Under the pieces are notes generated by a model. That model made no database searches. It was not told where the DNA came from and saw only the letters and a list, made by a program, of their open reading frames with translations. Position numbers and translations under genes: made by a program. A stretch of 64,000 nucleotides of DNA from Mustelus asterias (taxonomy: Eukaryota), in assembly GCF_964213995.1 (NCBI RefSeq), contig NC_135830.1, positions 6,262,001 through 6,326,000 on the forward strand, given 5' to 3'. This document shows, piece after piece, positions 37,301 to 49,272 of this stretch (position 1 is the stretch's first letter; each line of letters opens with the position of its first letter).

Positions 37301-38640
37301 CTGTTAGTTAACCCGGGTAATTATAGGCCGGTGAGCTTGACGTCCGTGGTGGGGAAGTTGTTGGAGAAGATTCTTAGAGATAGGATGTATGTGCATTTAG
37401 AAAGGAATAAACTCATTAACGATAGTCAGCATGGTTTTGAGAGAAGGAGGTCATGCCTCACTAACCTGGTGGAGTTTTTTGAAGAAGTGACCAGAATGGT
37501 TGACGAGGGAAGGGCCGTGGATGCCATCTATATGGACTTTAATAAAGCATTTGACAAAGTCCCTCATGGTAGGTTGGTGAAAAAGGTTGGATCTCATGGG
37601 ATAAAGGGGGAGGTGGCTAGATGGGTGGAGAACTGGCTTGGTCACAGAAGACAGAGGGTGGTAGTGGAAGGGTCTTTTTCCGGCTGGAGGCCTGTGACTA
37701 GTGGTGTTCCGCAGGGCTCTGTATTGGGACCTCTGCTGTTTGTGATTTATATAAACGATCTGGAAGAAGGTGTAACTAGGGTGATCAGTAAGTTTGTGGA
37801 CGACACAAAATTGGCAGGACTTGCAGATAGTGAGGAGCATTGTCAGAGGCTACAGAAGGATATAGATAGGCTGGAAATTTGGGCAAAGAAATGGCAGATG
37901 GAGTTCAATCCTGATGAATGCGAAGTGATCCATTTTGGTAGAAATAATGTAAGGAGGAACCATAATGGGTGTAGATATGCAGAGGGACCTGGGTGTGCAA
38001 GTCCACAGATCCTTGAAGGTGACGTCACTGGTGGAGAAGGTGGTGAAGGCGGCATATGGCAAGTTGGGGTCTGATGTTGCAGATGTATAGAACGTTGGTT
38101 CGGCTGCATTTGGAATAATGTGTCCAGTTCTGGTTGCCACACTACCAGAAGGACATGGAGGCTTTGGAGAGAGCACAGAGGAGGTTTACCAGGATGTTGC
38201 TTGGTATGGAGGGGGGCTTAGTTATGAGGAGAGATTGGGTAAACTGGGGTTGTTCTCCCTGGAAAGATGGAGGATGAGGGGAGACTTAATAGAGGTGTAT
38301 AACATTATGAAAAGGCATAGATAGGGTAAACGCTGGGAAGCTTTTCCCCAGGTCGGTGGTGACGTTCACGAGGGGTCATAGGTTCAAGGTGAAGGGGGGG
38401 GGCGGTTTAACACAGATATCAGAAGGACATATTTTACAGAGGGTGGTGGGGGCCTGGAATGCACTGCTAGGCAAGGTGGTGGAGGCAGACACACTGGTAA
38501 CGTTTAAGACTTATCTAGATAGCCACATGAACGGAGTGGGAATGGAGGGATACAAAAGAATGGTCTAGTTTGGACCAGGGAGCGGCACGGGCTTGGGGGG
38601 CCGAAGGGCCTGTTCTTGTGCTGTATTGTTCTTTGTTCTG
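34300..38640 (+). mobile_element. Near full-length CR1 (HER1-like) LINE, frameshifted
   Basis: ORF1 zinc-finger/leucine zipper (34705-) and esterase (to 35722); APE endonuclease (35764-36783); RT (36989-38074); tail GTATTGTTCTTTGTTCT. Confidence 0.95.
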
Positions 38641-38789
38641 TGGGAGACGAGGGAAGAAATTGCAGAGCCTCTGGCGATGATCTTTGCGTCGTCGATGGAG
38701 ACGGGAGAGGTGCCGGAGGATTGCAGATGTGGTTCCTATTTTCAAGGGGAATAGGGATAGCCCAGCTAATTACCGACCGGTGAGTCTAA

Positions 38790-39535
38790 CCTGGCTGTTC
38801 ACTGGAAAACTCATTCGGTTGTGTGTGTGTCTGTGCTTTTCCACGGGGCCGGCCATCCGGCACACGGCCAAAGCCATCCCAGACCTTAGGACGGTCGTGC
38901 TCGGCCCCGAAACTGCACGCAAACTCGAGGCGGCGCAGGCGTGCGGTGGGATCCCGCCCGAGCGTTGGCCGGCCTTTTTGCCGCCGGGTGGCGGAGGTCC
39001 CCGCTGGAGGTCCCTCTACGGAGGGATCTCCCCCAATTACGTCGGGGACCTGGGGTGGAGGGTGATGCATGCAGCAGTTCCGCACAACCGTAGGATTCAC
39101 TGGTTCACGGGCTCCGAAGACTGCCCTTTCTGTGGCCTTGTGGAGTCCGTGGACCATGTCTATGTTTTGTGTCTTCGGCTGCACTCCCTTTATGTTTTCC
39201 TGAAGAACCTTTTATTGATGTTCTGTTTGCACTTCAGTCCCACGCTCCTGATCTACGGACACCCGGTGCGGAGAGGGGAGGGTCAGGATGGCGACCTCCT
39301 CGTGAACCTGCTCCTGGGCCTGGCGAAACGTGCCATTTACCGGTCCAGGCAGCGGGCGATCGAGGGGGCCGTCCATCCTGACTGTCTGCCCCTCTACCGC
39401 AGCTATGTTCGCAGCCAGGTGTCCCTGGAGAGGGAGCATGCGGTGTCCACGGGCAAGGTTGACACCTTCCGCGTCCGTTGGGCACCGCAGGGGTTGGGGT
39501 GCATTATTGACCCTAATAATCACATTTTAATTTGA
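38790..39535 (+). pseudogene. Tx1 ORF2 C-terminus (RT-associated zinc-binding region)
   Basis: WRSLY...GDLGWRVMHAAV...CPFCGLVESVDHVYVLC.RL...NLLLGLAKRAIYRSR. Confidence 0.85.
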
Positions 39536-39684
39536 TGTTTAAGTTTCCTTTGTACTTTGATTTCTGTTCGGGCTGTTCCCCCTCCTTCTGGGGAGCTGCC
39601 CCTTTTACTTTGTCCTGATTTAACCCGAGTTTGTTTATTTGGTTTGACCTAAAAAGAGCCCAACATCTGTGAGTAACACACTTT

Positions 39685-40021
39685 AGAGCTTGCTTGCTGG
39701 AGACGCCCGTTTTCTATCGTTTCTGCCGATTTGTTGGCTTCCTGCAAGGAGGGAGGAAGGGGGAGGAAGGTGAGCTATCGCCTGCCTGCCTGCCGTCTGC
39801 TGGAGGGTGCTCTCTCCCTGGAGGGAGAGAGGGAAAGAGGACACGGAGACACTTTCTTTGTTTACTTTTTTCCACCGACGGGAGGGAAGACTGCACAGCC
39901 TCCTCGTATCAACATCAGGGGACTGAGTGGGGCTGATGCCCTCATCAGAAGGTCGGTGCCTGAAAGGGAGGTTTGCGGGGGGGAGAAAATTTAGACTGTT
40001 TTCCATCTGCAGTGGGTGGGT

Positions 40022-40052
<31 letters not shown>

Positions 40053-40195
40053 GAAGACACCCTGGACTTAGTTTGCGCCCAAGAGAGCTGGAAGAGTAAA
40101 GTCCCCCCACCCACTGCTGCTGCCCCCAACACCGACACCCACCCCCCCTCCCCCCTCCTTCCTCCTGACTGGGGCACCGGCCCTCCTCAGTGCCC
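39685..40195 (+). mobile_element. Second Tx1-type element, 5' UTR only, starting directly after the target copy
   Basis: Colinear homology to 28072-28460: TTGGCTTCCTGCA, GCCTGCCTGCC, TTTTCCATCTGCAGT-polyG-TGAAGA, CCTCCTGACTGGGGCACCGGCCC. Confidence 0.8.
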
Positions 40196-40624
40196 TGTCC
40201 CTTGGGTGCGATCTACACCTGCGTCCTTGCAGATTGCCACTTTACTGAAACCCGGGAATGGCGGTGATCCGCTTCGCTCCCAAAACAGGTGCAATGGCGA
40301 TTTAAATTGAATTAATGAACTGCCCGCCCAACTTTCAGCATTTCCCCCTTTACCACCCCGTTTGCCAATCCGGAACCGCGCCGTAATGGACCTGCTCAAT
40401 AAAAGTCTGAATCGGGGCTCCAGCTTCTGAAGAGTGCGTTCAGTGTTTCCAACGGCTCTCTGACTCAGATCAGTGGTGTGGGGGGGGGGGGGGGCGGGGG
40501 AGGAGGGTCAGATCATTCTCTGGTTGTGGGGGGGGGGGGTGGAGGGTCAGATCATTCTCTGGTTGGGGGGGGGTGGAGGAGGAGGACGATCGGTCTGGGT
40601 AACGGGGTGGTGGGGGGGAGGGTG

Positions 40625-40832
40625 TTTGATTCTTTACTCAGGAGAGTGGTTGGGGTGTGGAATGGACTACCTGCTGTGCTAGTGGAGTTGGACACTTTAG
40701 GAACTTTCAAGCGGTTATTGGATAGGCTCATGGAGCACAGCAGGATGACAGAGTGAGATAGCTTGATTTTGGTTTTGGACAAAGCTCAGCACAACATCGA
40801 GGGCCGAAGGGCCTGTACTGTACTATGTTCTA
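40625..40832 (+). mobile_element. CR1 3' end
   Basis: RVVGVWNGLP...FKRLLD coding and GGGCCGAAGGGCCTGTACTG tail. Confidence 0.75.
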
Positions 40833-41489
40833 TATAATCCAAGGTTGTCCTCCTCGCTATTTACCACACCACCAATGACAATTTGTTCAATTATATCACA
40901 CACCCGTCCCTGCTTTCTGTACCTACATTGTCCTTCCACACAGTGAACACAGATGCAAAATACTAATTTAGTACCTCAAATACATCTTCGATTTTTTCTT
41001 TAGTTCTAACCTTCTGTGGCAACGCACTGCCTCAATCAGACATTGGGATTCAGAGTTGATGCAGTTTGATGGACAAGTTGTCTTCATTCTGAACAATGGG
41101 GAACAAGCTCCTCCCATTCACTGACAATTTGCCCCTTACAAAGATGGTGATCGCCCATCCACACATCACCATCTTTATTGGGGGCAGTCATTAAGATCTC
41201 AGGGATCTTTGACCTGCTTGATGCAAATGAGGGAACTGGTGAATTTTCTTTCTGCACTGTGAAGAAGCTGTGATGTGAGTTCCTGACTGATGGGGAATGA
41301 TCACAGACAGCAGTTCTTAAAGGGAAATGGCAACCCTGAAAACACAATCAGCTCTAGATCCAGAATATTAAACTCCAGCCCAGTTACAGGGGTTGTTAAC
41401 ATCAGCAGAAACAAACCTCAGATGTCAGAATGAATGTGGCTCACTCCTGGATGTGATTAACAGCAGCAGCTACAGCAGAATCCACTCCC

Positions 41490-42302
<813 letters not shown>

Positions 42303-42446
42303 TGCAAAAGGAGTTTACAAAACTACTGTCAGTCCAGGATTGAAATTCTGATCAGACAAGTCTAATTTCAAAAAGGAACAACTTTTCTGTTCCTGTTGCC
42401 CAAAACAGTAAATCTATGTCCCACTCACTCTCCCTCCTCCGAGTTG

Positions 42447-43272
42447 AGGGCAGCACGGTGGCAGTGGTTAGCACTGCTGCCTCACAGCACCACAGACCCA
42501 AGTTTGATTCCCAGCTTGGGTCACTGTCTGTTTGCACAGTCTCCCCGTGTCTGCATGGGTTTTCTCCAAGTGCTCTGGTTTCCTCCCACAGTCCAAACAG
42601 GTGCAGGTTAGGTGGATTGGCTATGCTAAATTACCCTTGGTGTCAGGGGGACTAGCTAGGGTAAATGCATGGGGTAATGGGGATAGGGCGTGGACGGGAT
42701 TGTGGTCAGTGCAGACTCGATGGGCTGAATGGCCCCCTTCTGCACTGTCAGATTCTATGAGATCTAAATGAAATGTTGCATATTTTTCATGCATCCCAAC
42801 TACTAATTTTTCCAAATCACTCCAAGGCCTGTTCTTCCCCATCTCTGGAATCGCCTCTAGCATTGCTCCAATTCTGGCTTCCTGCACATTCCCTATTTTA
42901 ATCACTCCACCATTAGTGACTAGACCTTCAGTGCACAGGGATGACTTCTCAAAGAATTCCTACAGTGCAGAAGGAAAGCATTTGGCCCATCAAGTCTGCA
43001 CCAACTCTGAATATTTTACCCCTGATCTACACTTGTAACCCACATTTTTAACCCCACTAATCCACCTTACCTGTACATCTTTGTACACGAAGGGGCAATA
43101 TAGCATGGCCAATCCCCCCAAGCATCACATCTTTGGACAGTGGGAGGCAACTGGAGCATCCAGAGGAAACCCACAGTCACAGGGATAACGTGCAAACTCC
43201 ACACAGACAGTGACCCAGGGCTGGAATCGAACCTGGGTCCCTGGAGCTGTGAGGCAGCAGTGTTAACCACCC
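42447..43272. mobile_element. Two HE1 SINEs (42447-42765 plus; 42955-43272 minus)
   Basis: Heads, V-domains and HER1-type tails in opposite orientations. Confidence 0.8.
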
Positions 43273-43409
43273 TGATATTAATGGTGTTTTATCAATAGAA
43301 GTTGTTGGCTGTAACCCTAAATTCCAGTTTTACACACAGTTTGTTATTAAATCAATCTGTTTTTTTTGTCCCCTGTGGGTTATTCATTTGGTTTCACCCC
43401 CAAGAAATA

Positions 43410-43530
43410 CAGTGGCTGTGCATGCGTTGTTCCAAATTACCCTCAATAAAGATGGCGGATGCGCATGCGCTTTGCAGTACGTGGATTCCTATAAAGATGG
43501 CGGATATTAACTCGGTCCTGAAGCCTTCGG
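43410..43530. promoter_or_regulatory. Promoter remnant
   Basis: Two YY1 motifs AAGATGGCGG (~43449 and ~43493) flanking GCGCATGCGC. Confidence 0.55.
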
Positions 43531-43659
43531 AAGGCCCAAGGAATTTGCTTTGCTAATTGAGGCCAACACCGGGTGTTTATAAAGCCTCACCATCCACCCA
43601 CCAACTCCATTTATGTTTCCAGTTTTATTTCGGGCTCTGCATCCGCACTCAGTCTTTGT

Positions 43660-45440
43660 AAACACATTCCTCTTAGAGTGAAGGGCAAGGCTGGCAGAAG
43701 TCAGGAACCCTGGATGACTCGGGTTATTGAGGCCCTGGTCAAGAAGAAGAAAGAGGCACATGACATGCATAGGGAGCTGGGATCAAGTGAATCCCTTGGC
43801 GTATAGGGGATGTAGGAGTAGAGTTAAGCGATAAATCAGGAGGGCAAAAAGGGGACACAAGATTGTTTTGGCAGATAAGGCAAAGGAGAATCCAAAGAGC
43901 TTCTACAAATACATAAAGGGCAAAAGAGTAACAAGGGAGAGAGTAGGGCCTCTTCAGGATCAACAAGGTCACCTATGTGAGGATCCACAAGAGATGGGTG
44001 AGATCCTATATGAATATTTCTCATCAGTATTTACTGTTGAGAAAAGCATGGAACTTGGGGAAATAGTGATGTCTTGAGGAGTGTACATATTACAGAGAAG
44101 GAGGTGCTCGAAGTCTTAAAGTGCATCAAGGAGATAAATCCCCAGGACCTGATGAAGTGTATCCCAGAACATTGTGCAAGGCTAGGGAGGAAATTGCAGT
44201 TCCCCTAGCTGAGATATTTGAATCATCGATAGTCACGGGTGAGGTGCCTGAAGATTGGAGTGTGGCAAATGTTGTGCCTTTGTTTAAAAAGGGCTGCAGG
44301 GAAAAGCCTGGGAACTACAGGCCAGTGAGCCTCACATCTGTGGTGGGTAAATTGTTGGAAGGTATTTTGATCCACAGGCATTTAGAGACGCAAGGACTGA
44401 TTCGGGACAGTTCCGCATAGCTTTGAGTGGAAAATCATGTCTCACAAACTTGACTGAGTTTTTTTGAAGGGGTAACCAAGAAGGTAGATGAGGGGAGTGC
44501 AGTTGATGTTATCGACAAAGACTTTAAGCAAGGCCTTTGACAAGGTACCACACGGTAGGTTGTTACACAAGGTTAAATCTCACGGGATCCAGGGTGAGGT
44601 GTCTAAATGGATACAAAATTGGCTTCTTGACAGAATAAGAAGTCTCACAACACCAGGTTAAAGTCCAACAGGTTTATTTGGTAGCCAATACCATAAGCTT
44701 TCGGAGCACTGCTCCTTCGTGGAGCAGTGCTCCGAAAGCTTATGGTATTTGCTACCAAATAAACCTGTTGGACTTTAACCTGGTGTTGTGAGACTTCTTA
44801 TTGTGTTCACCCCAGTCCAACGCCAGCATCTCCACATCATGACTTCTTGACAGAAGCCAGAGGATGGGTTGTAGTGAATTGTTTTTCAAACGGGAGGACT
44901 GTGACCAGCGGTGTGCCTCAGGGATCAGTGCTGGGTCCACTGTTATTTGTCATTTATATTCATGATTTGGATGAGAATATGGGCGGCGTGGTTAGTAAGT
45001 TTGCAGATGACACTAAGATTAGTGGCATAATGGACAGTGAAGAGAGTTATCTTGATCAATTGGACCAGTGGGCTGACGAATGGCAGATGGAGTTTAATTT
45101 GGAGAAATGCGAGGTGATGCATCTTGGTAGATCGAACCAGGGCAGGACTTACTCAGTTCAGGAGAGTTATAGAACAAAGATCATGGGGTACAGGTTCATA
45201 GCTCCTCGAAAGTGGAGTCACAGATGGACAGAGTGGTGAAGAAGGCATTTGGCATGCTTGGTTTCATCGGTCAGAACATTGAATGCAGAGGTTGGCACAA
45301 TTTGTTGAAGTTGTACAAGACATTGGTAAGACCACATTTGGAATACTGTGTACAGTTCTGGTCACCCTATTATAGGAAGGATAATATTAAACTAGAAAGT
45401 GTGCAGAGAAGTTTTACGAGGATGCTACCAGGACTTGGTG
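43660..45440 (+). mobile_element. Decayed CR1 ORF2 fragment
   Basis: KSPGPDEVYPR, NYRPVSLTS, GVPQGSVLGP, KFADDTK and LVRPHLEYC across frames. Confidence 0.9.
44636..44842. mobile_element. Penelope-derived fold-back insertion inside CR1, with 13-bp TSD
   Basis: Inverted arms centred at ~44720, with CTTCTTGACAGAA at 44623-44635 and 44843-44855. Confidence 0.85.
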
Positions 45441-46159
45441 TGAATGACAAGGAGGCGCTGGATAGAGGGAGGGGAGAGGAGGGTAGGGAAGGCAGGCCCC
45501 AGCTCCCCCACTCTCAGCGCACTGAGCTGCGCCTGCCTCCCCACAGGCAGCACTAACTCCAGGCCCAAGTGGGCAGGAGGCGGTGAAGCGGATCCTTACC
45601 TGGGAGGCACTGACACATTTCCCCCAGGGCTGTGCAGGGCAGGATATCTCAGTGCAGGGGGCCCCACTCTCTGAGCCACAGCCCAAGGCACTGACCAGTC
45701 CTTCCACACCAACCTAACCTGCTGGCACCAGAGGACCTGCAATTTTCTCCCGAGCCTCCCACTCCATCAAGTCCTGGGGATTTATCTACCTTGATGTACT
45801 TTAAGACTTCCAGCACCTCCTTCTCTGCAGCACTATTTTAACCTCAATGAATATAAAATAACATTGTTAGCTATTGAGATAAATTAATTTTTAAAAAAAC
45901 ACAAATTGCAAATTGATGATCTGCTATGTTAAATTCTCCTGTGGGACTAGAGATTTAGAAACTTTTACTTTATCTCCTCTCTCTCCCCTCGACTCTGGCT
46001 GGATTCAATCACAGTCACTGGTTCCTCTCGTTCTGTCTCTTCCTGATTCTGAATATTCATTGTTTTACAGAATGATACAGCACAGATGGAAACCATTCAG
46101 CTCAGTATGCCTGGAAGATCTATCCAATAAATTCAATAGCCCTGTTGGCAAAGTCAGAA

Positions 46160-46710
46160 CAATAAGGCCACACTTGGAATACTGTGTGCAGTTCTGGTCA
46201 CCCTATTATAGAAAGGGTATTATTAAACTAGAAAGAGTGCAGAAGAGATTGACTGGGATGCTACCGGACTTGATGGTTTGCGTTATAAGGAGAGGCTGGG
46301 ACTTTTTTCCTCTGGAGCGCAGGAGGCTGAGGGGTGACCTTATAGAGGTCTATAAAATAATGAGGGGCACAGATCAGCGAGATAGTCAATATCTTTTCCC
46401 AAAAGTAGGGGAGTCTAAAACTAGAGGGCAGAGGTTTAAGGTGAGAGGGGAGAGATACAGAAGTGTCCAGAGGGGCAATTTTTTCACACACAGGGTGGTG
46501 AGTGTCTGGAACGAGCTGCCAGAGGTAGTAGTAGAGGCGGGTACAATTTTGTCTTTTAAAAAGCATTTAGACAGTTACATGGGTAAGATGGGTATAGAGG
46601 GATATGGGCCAAATGCGGGCAATTGGGACTAGCTTAGGGGTTTTAAAAAGTGCAGCATGGACAAGTTGGGCCGAAGGGCCTGTTTCCAGGCTGTAAACCT
46701 CTGACTCTAT
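46160..46710 (+). mobile_element. CR1 3' fragment
   Basis: RPHLEYCVQFWSP...GYGPNAGNWD, the same subfamily as 58705-60016. Confidence 0.9.
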
Positions 46711-46739
46711 AAAAATCCCCATTTAAAACCCGCTCGCTC

Positions 46740-47360
46740 GAGCTCCTTACCGTCTGCCGCAGGCACTGCGCATGCTCCAGCTCCCAAAACAGGATGTGGC
46801 CGTTAACCTGGGCCTGTTCCCGGGAGGGAGGGAGAAGCCCCGCAGCTGCAAACCAGGGAGCTGACAATGATTCTGAACGGTTTGCGGATCCTCCCCAATC
46901 TCCAACCGCCGGCTCCGCCGCTGCGATATTGACTCCGCCCCCACCAGATTTTATCAGAGTGCTGGTCCTCCAGCCCCGCCCCTCATTCACTCTGATTGGT
47001 TGGAGGACCAGCCACTCCCGCTCGGTCCTCCAGCCCCGCCCCTCATTCACTCCGATTGGTTGGAGGACCAGCCGCTCCCGCTCGGTCCTCCAGCCCCGCC
47101 CCCTCTTCCTATTGGTCCGGAGTTGCCGTCAATCAGTCCCCGGGCATTGTGATGTGGAGCATGCGCAGTGTCATTGCTGGCCTTGGCGCTTGTTTGTCCC
47201 GGAGAAGCGGAGTCAGCGTTAGGCGGTGGCTGCGAGGATTTGGAAACACTTTGTGGATCCGCAAACCCTTCAGAATCATTGTCAGCTCCCTGGTTTGCAG
47301 CTGCGGGGCTTCTCCCTCCCTCCCTCCCGGGAACAGGCCCAGGTTAACGGCCCCATCCTG
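46740..47360. promoter_or_regulatory. Bidirectional ZNF promoter with a ~60-bp CCAAT/GC-box triplication and inverted exon-1 copies
   Basis: GGTCCTCCAGCCCCGCCCC x3 with ATTGG boxes (46964-47115). 46797-46890 is an inverted copy of ~47255-47352. Confidence 0.7.
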
Positions 47361-47800
47361 GCTCAGCCACTGGAGGATGGTTCACATCAGAGGATGGGGG
47401 AGGGGGACAATAAATAAGAGGTTACACTTTGGCCTCAAATCAATGAGGACTCTGATCTCTGGGAAGGAAGGAAACCCTGGGAGGTGGGCGGGGAGGATTC
47501 ACAAACACCCGCTGGAGGCCCCAACACCCCCAATAAGACCCATTGGTTTTATTGTCAGTCTGCAGACAGGAGCTGGAGAACTGAACACAGACAGAGGAGA
47601 GGGAGGGAGAAAACTGGGAGTGGAGGAAAAGAAATGGTGAGATGGGTTTGGATTTCAGCCCAGGGAGGAGGGAGAGTGTGTGGGACAGGGAATTACAGAT
47701 TTGGGGGAACAAGGGAGGAAAAAATGATCCAGAGAAACAAGAATTGTCTGTTTTGATTTGTTTTCCTACACTGACAGTGATTTTGTAAACTTCTTTTGCA

Positions 47801-48400
47801 GAATATTTGAAGTGGAAGTTTTACAGACAGGAAACTCAACTCAAAATTCTTACTAATATTTCACAGTTGCTCGATTTATCAGCACATGAACACCGTCAAC
47901 CTTTGAATGTGGGAGGACAAATGTTTCTCTGTTCTGTCTGTGGGAAAAGATTTCAAACATCAGTGTGACTGGAAAAGCACCGAGACACATGCACACACCG
48001 GAGTGAGAGCGTTCCATTGAACCGACTGTGGAAAGAGCTTTAACCAGTTACACAGCTTGAAAAAATATCACACCATTCAAAGTGAGGTGAAACTGTACCT
48101 GTTCTGTGTGCAGGTGAATCTTGAACTGATTGTCCAACCTGGAGAGACACAAGGATACTGGCACCATGGAGAAAAGATGGAAATGTGGGGACTGTGGAAG
48201 GGATTCCGTTGCCCGTCTGACCTGGAAACTCATCAACGGGTTCATACTGGGGAGAGACCATTAACCTGTTCCACATGTGGGCAGGGATTTAGCAAGTCAT
48301 CCACACTGGGGAGAGGCCGTTCACCTGCTCTGTGTGCGGGAAGGGATTCACTCAGCTATCCAGCCCGCAGGCACATCAGCAAGTTCACGAGTGATTACAA
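47801..48400 (+). pseudogene. ZNF pseudogene
   Basis: Acceptor TTTTGCAG, family leader, ACCATGGAGAAA start, and a few frameshifted or deleted fingers. Confidence 0.8.
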
Positions 48401-48661
48401 GGGTTGAATTCTGCTGTTATTGTTTCTGCTCTCAGTTACATCAGGACTGCATTTTGTTAATTCTTATTGTTCGCCAATGGGCAGGGTCGGATAGTTTCTT
48501 TCTACTGGACTGGCCGGTCTCACGACTTTGCTTCCAGTGGGCTGATGCGCTTTGAGCCTGTGAGAGCACATTTCCACTGAAATGATCCACAAAAGCTGGT
48601 GAAGCACATTTATTTTATCCTGGGTCGTAAATAGTATTTTTCCACCCATTACAGGGAGATC

Positions 48662-49272
48662 TAAAATAAATACAGAAAGTGTGGAAAAACATGGCAGGTC
48701 TGGCAGCATCTGTGGAGAGAGAAACAGAGATAATGTTTCACGTCCAATGTAACTCTACTTCAGAACTAAAGAGGGGGAGAAATGTGATGGGTTTGATGCT
48801 GGTGAGAAAGGGGGGAGGGGCAGGTAGAACAAAAGGGAAAGTCAGGGATTGGTTAGAGGGCGGGTGAGATTAAATGACAAAAATATCCCGGAACCCAAGG
48901 CAAAGGGAGAGGTAATGGTTGTGGTAAAGAAACAAAGCATTGGTCCAGAGTAAGTGTTATTGGCAGAATAAAGGACAGCTCTGTCTGGAAGCAAAAAAAC
49001 ATGAAAACAAGATGCAGACTGGCACTCGGCAAAAAACAACAAATCAAAATGGAGGAGAGGGTTCAGGGTGTGAAGTTGTTGAGTCCAGAAGGCTGTAAAG
49101 TGCCTCATCGGAAGATATGGGGCTGTTTGTCCAGCTTGTGTTGGGCTTCTCCGGAACATTGCAGCAGGCCGAGGACAGAAATGTGAGCGTGAGAGCAAGG
49201 TGGTGAATTCTAATGGCAAGCAAGCGGAAGGTCAGGGTCATGCTTGTGGACTGAGCGGAGATGTTCCACAAA
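48662..49272 (-). mobile_element. Penelope-like element 3' fragment (second family), decayed
   Basis: A minus frame reads EHLRSVHKHDPDLPLACH..SPPCSH..ISVLGL...GTLQPSGLN (GIY-YIG C-terminus). The terminus matches 14412-14540, 50695-50822 and 51890-52063. Confidence 0.75.

Larger units (their letters stand above)
28072..39659 (+). mobile_element. Tx1-clade (L1 group) non-LTR retrotransposon with most of ORF2 replaced by nested CR1s
   Basis: 5' UTR, ORF1, ORF2 C-terminus and a 3' UTR ending AAAAAGAG. Flanked by the direct repeat ACATCTGTGAGTAACACACTTT (28050-28071 and 39663-39684). Confidence 0.8.

Noticed and set aside
40200-40620. Possible non-autonomous DNA transposon fragment
   Set aside because: It looks repeat-like, but I found no terminal inverted repeats or TSD.
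45443-45745. GC-rich block, possibly another retroelement ORF1 fragment
   Set aside because: There is no diagnostic motif, so it is left unassigned.
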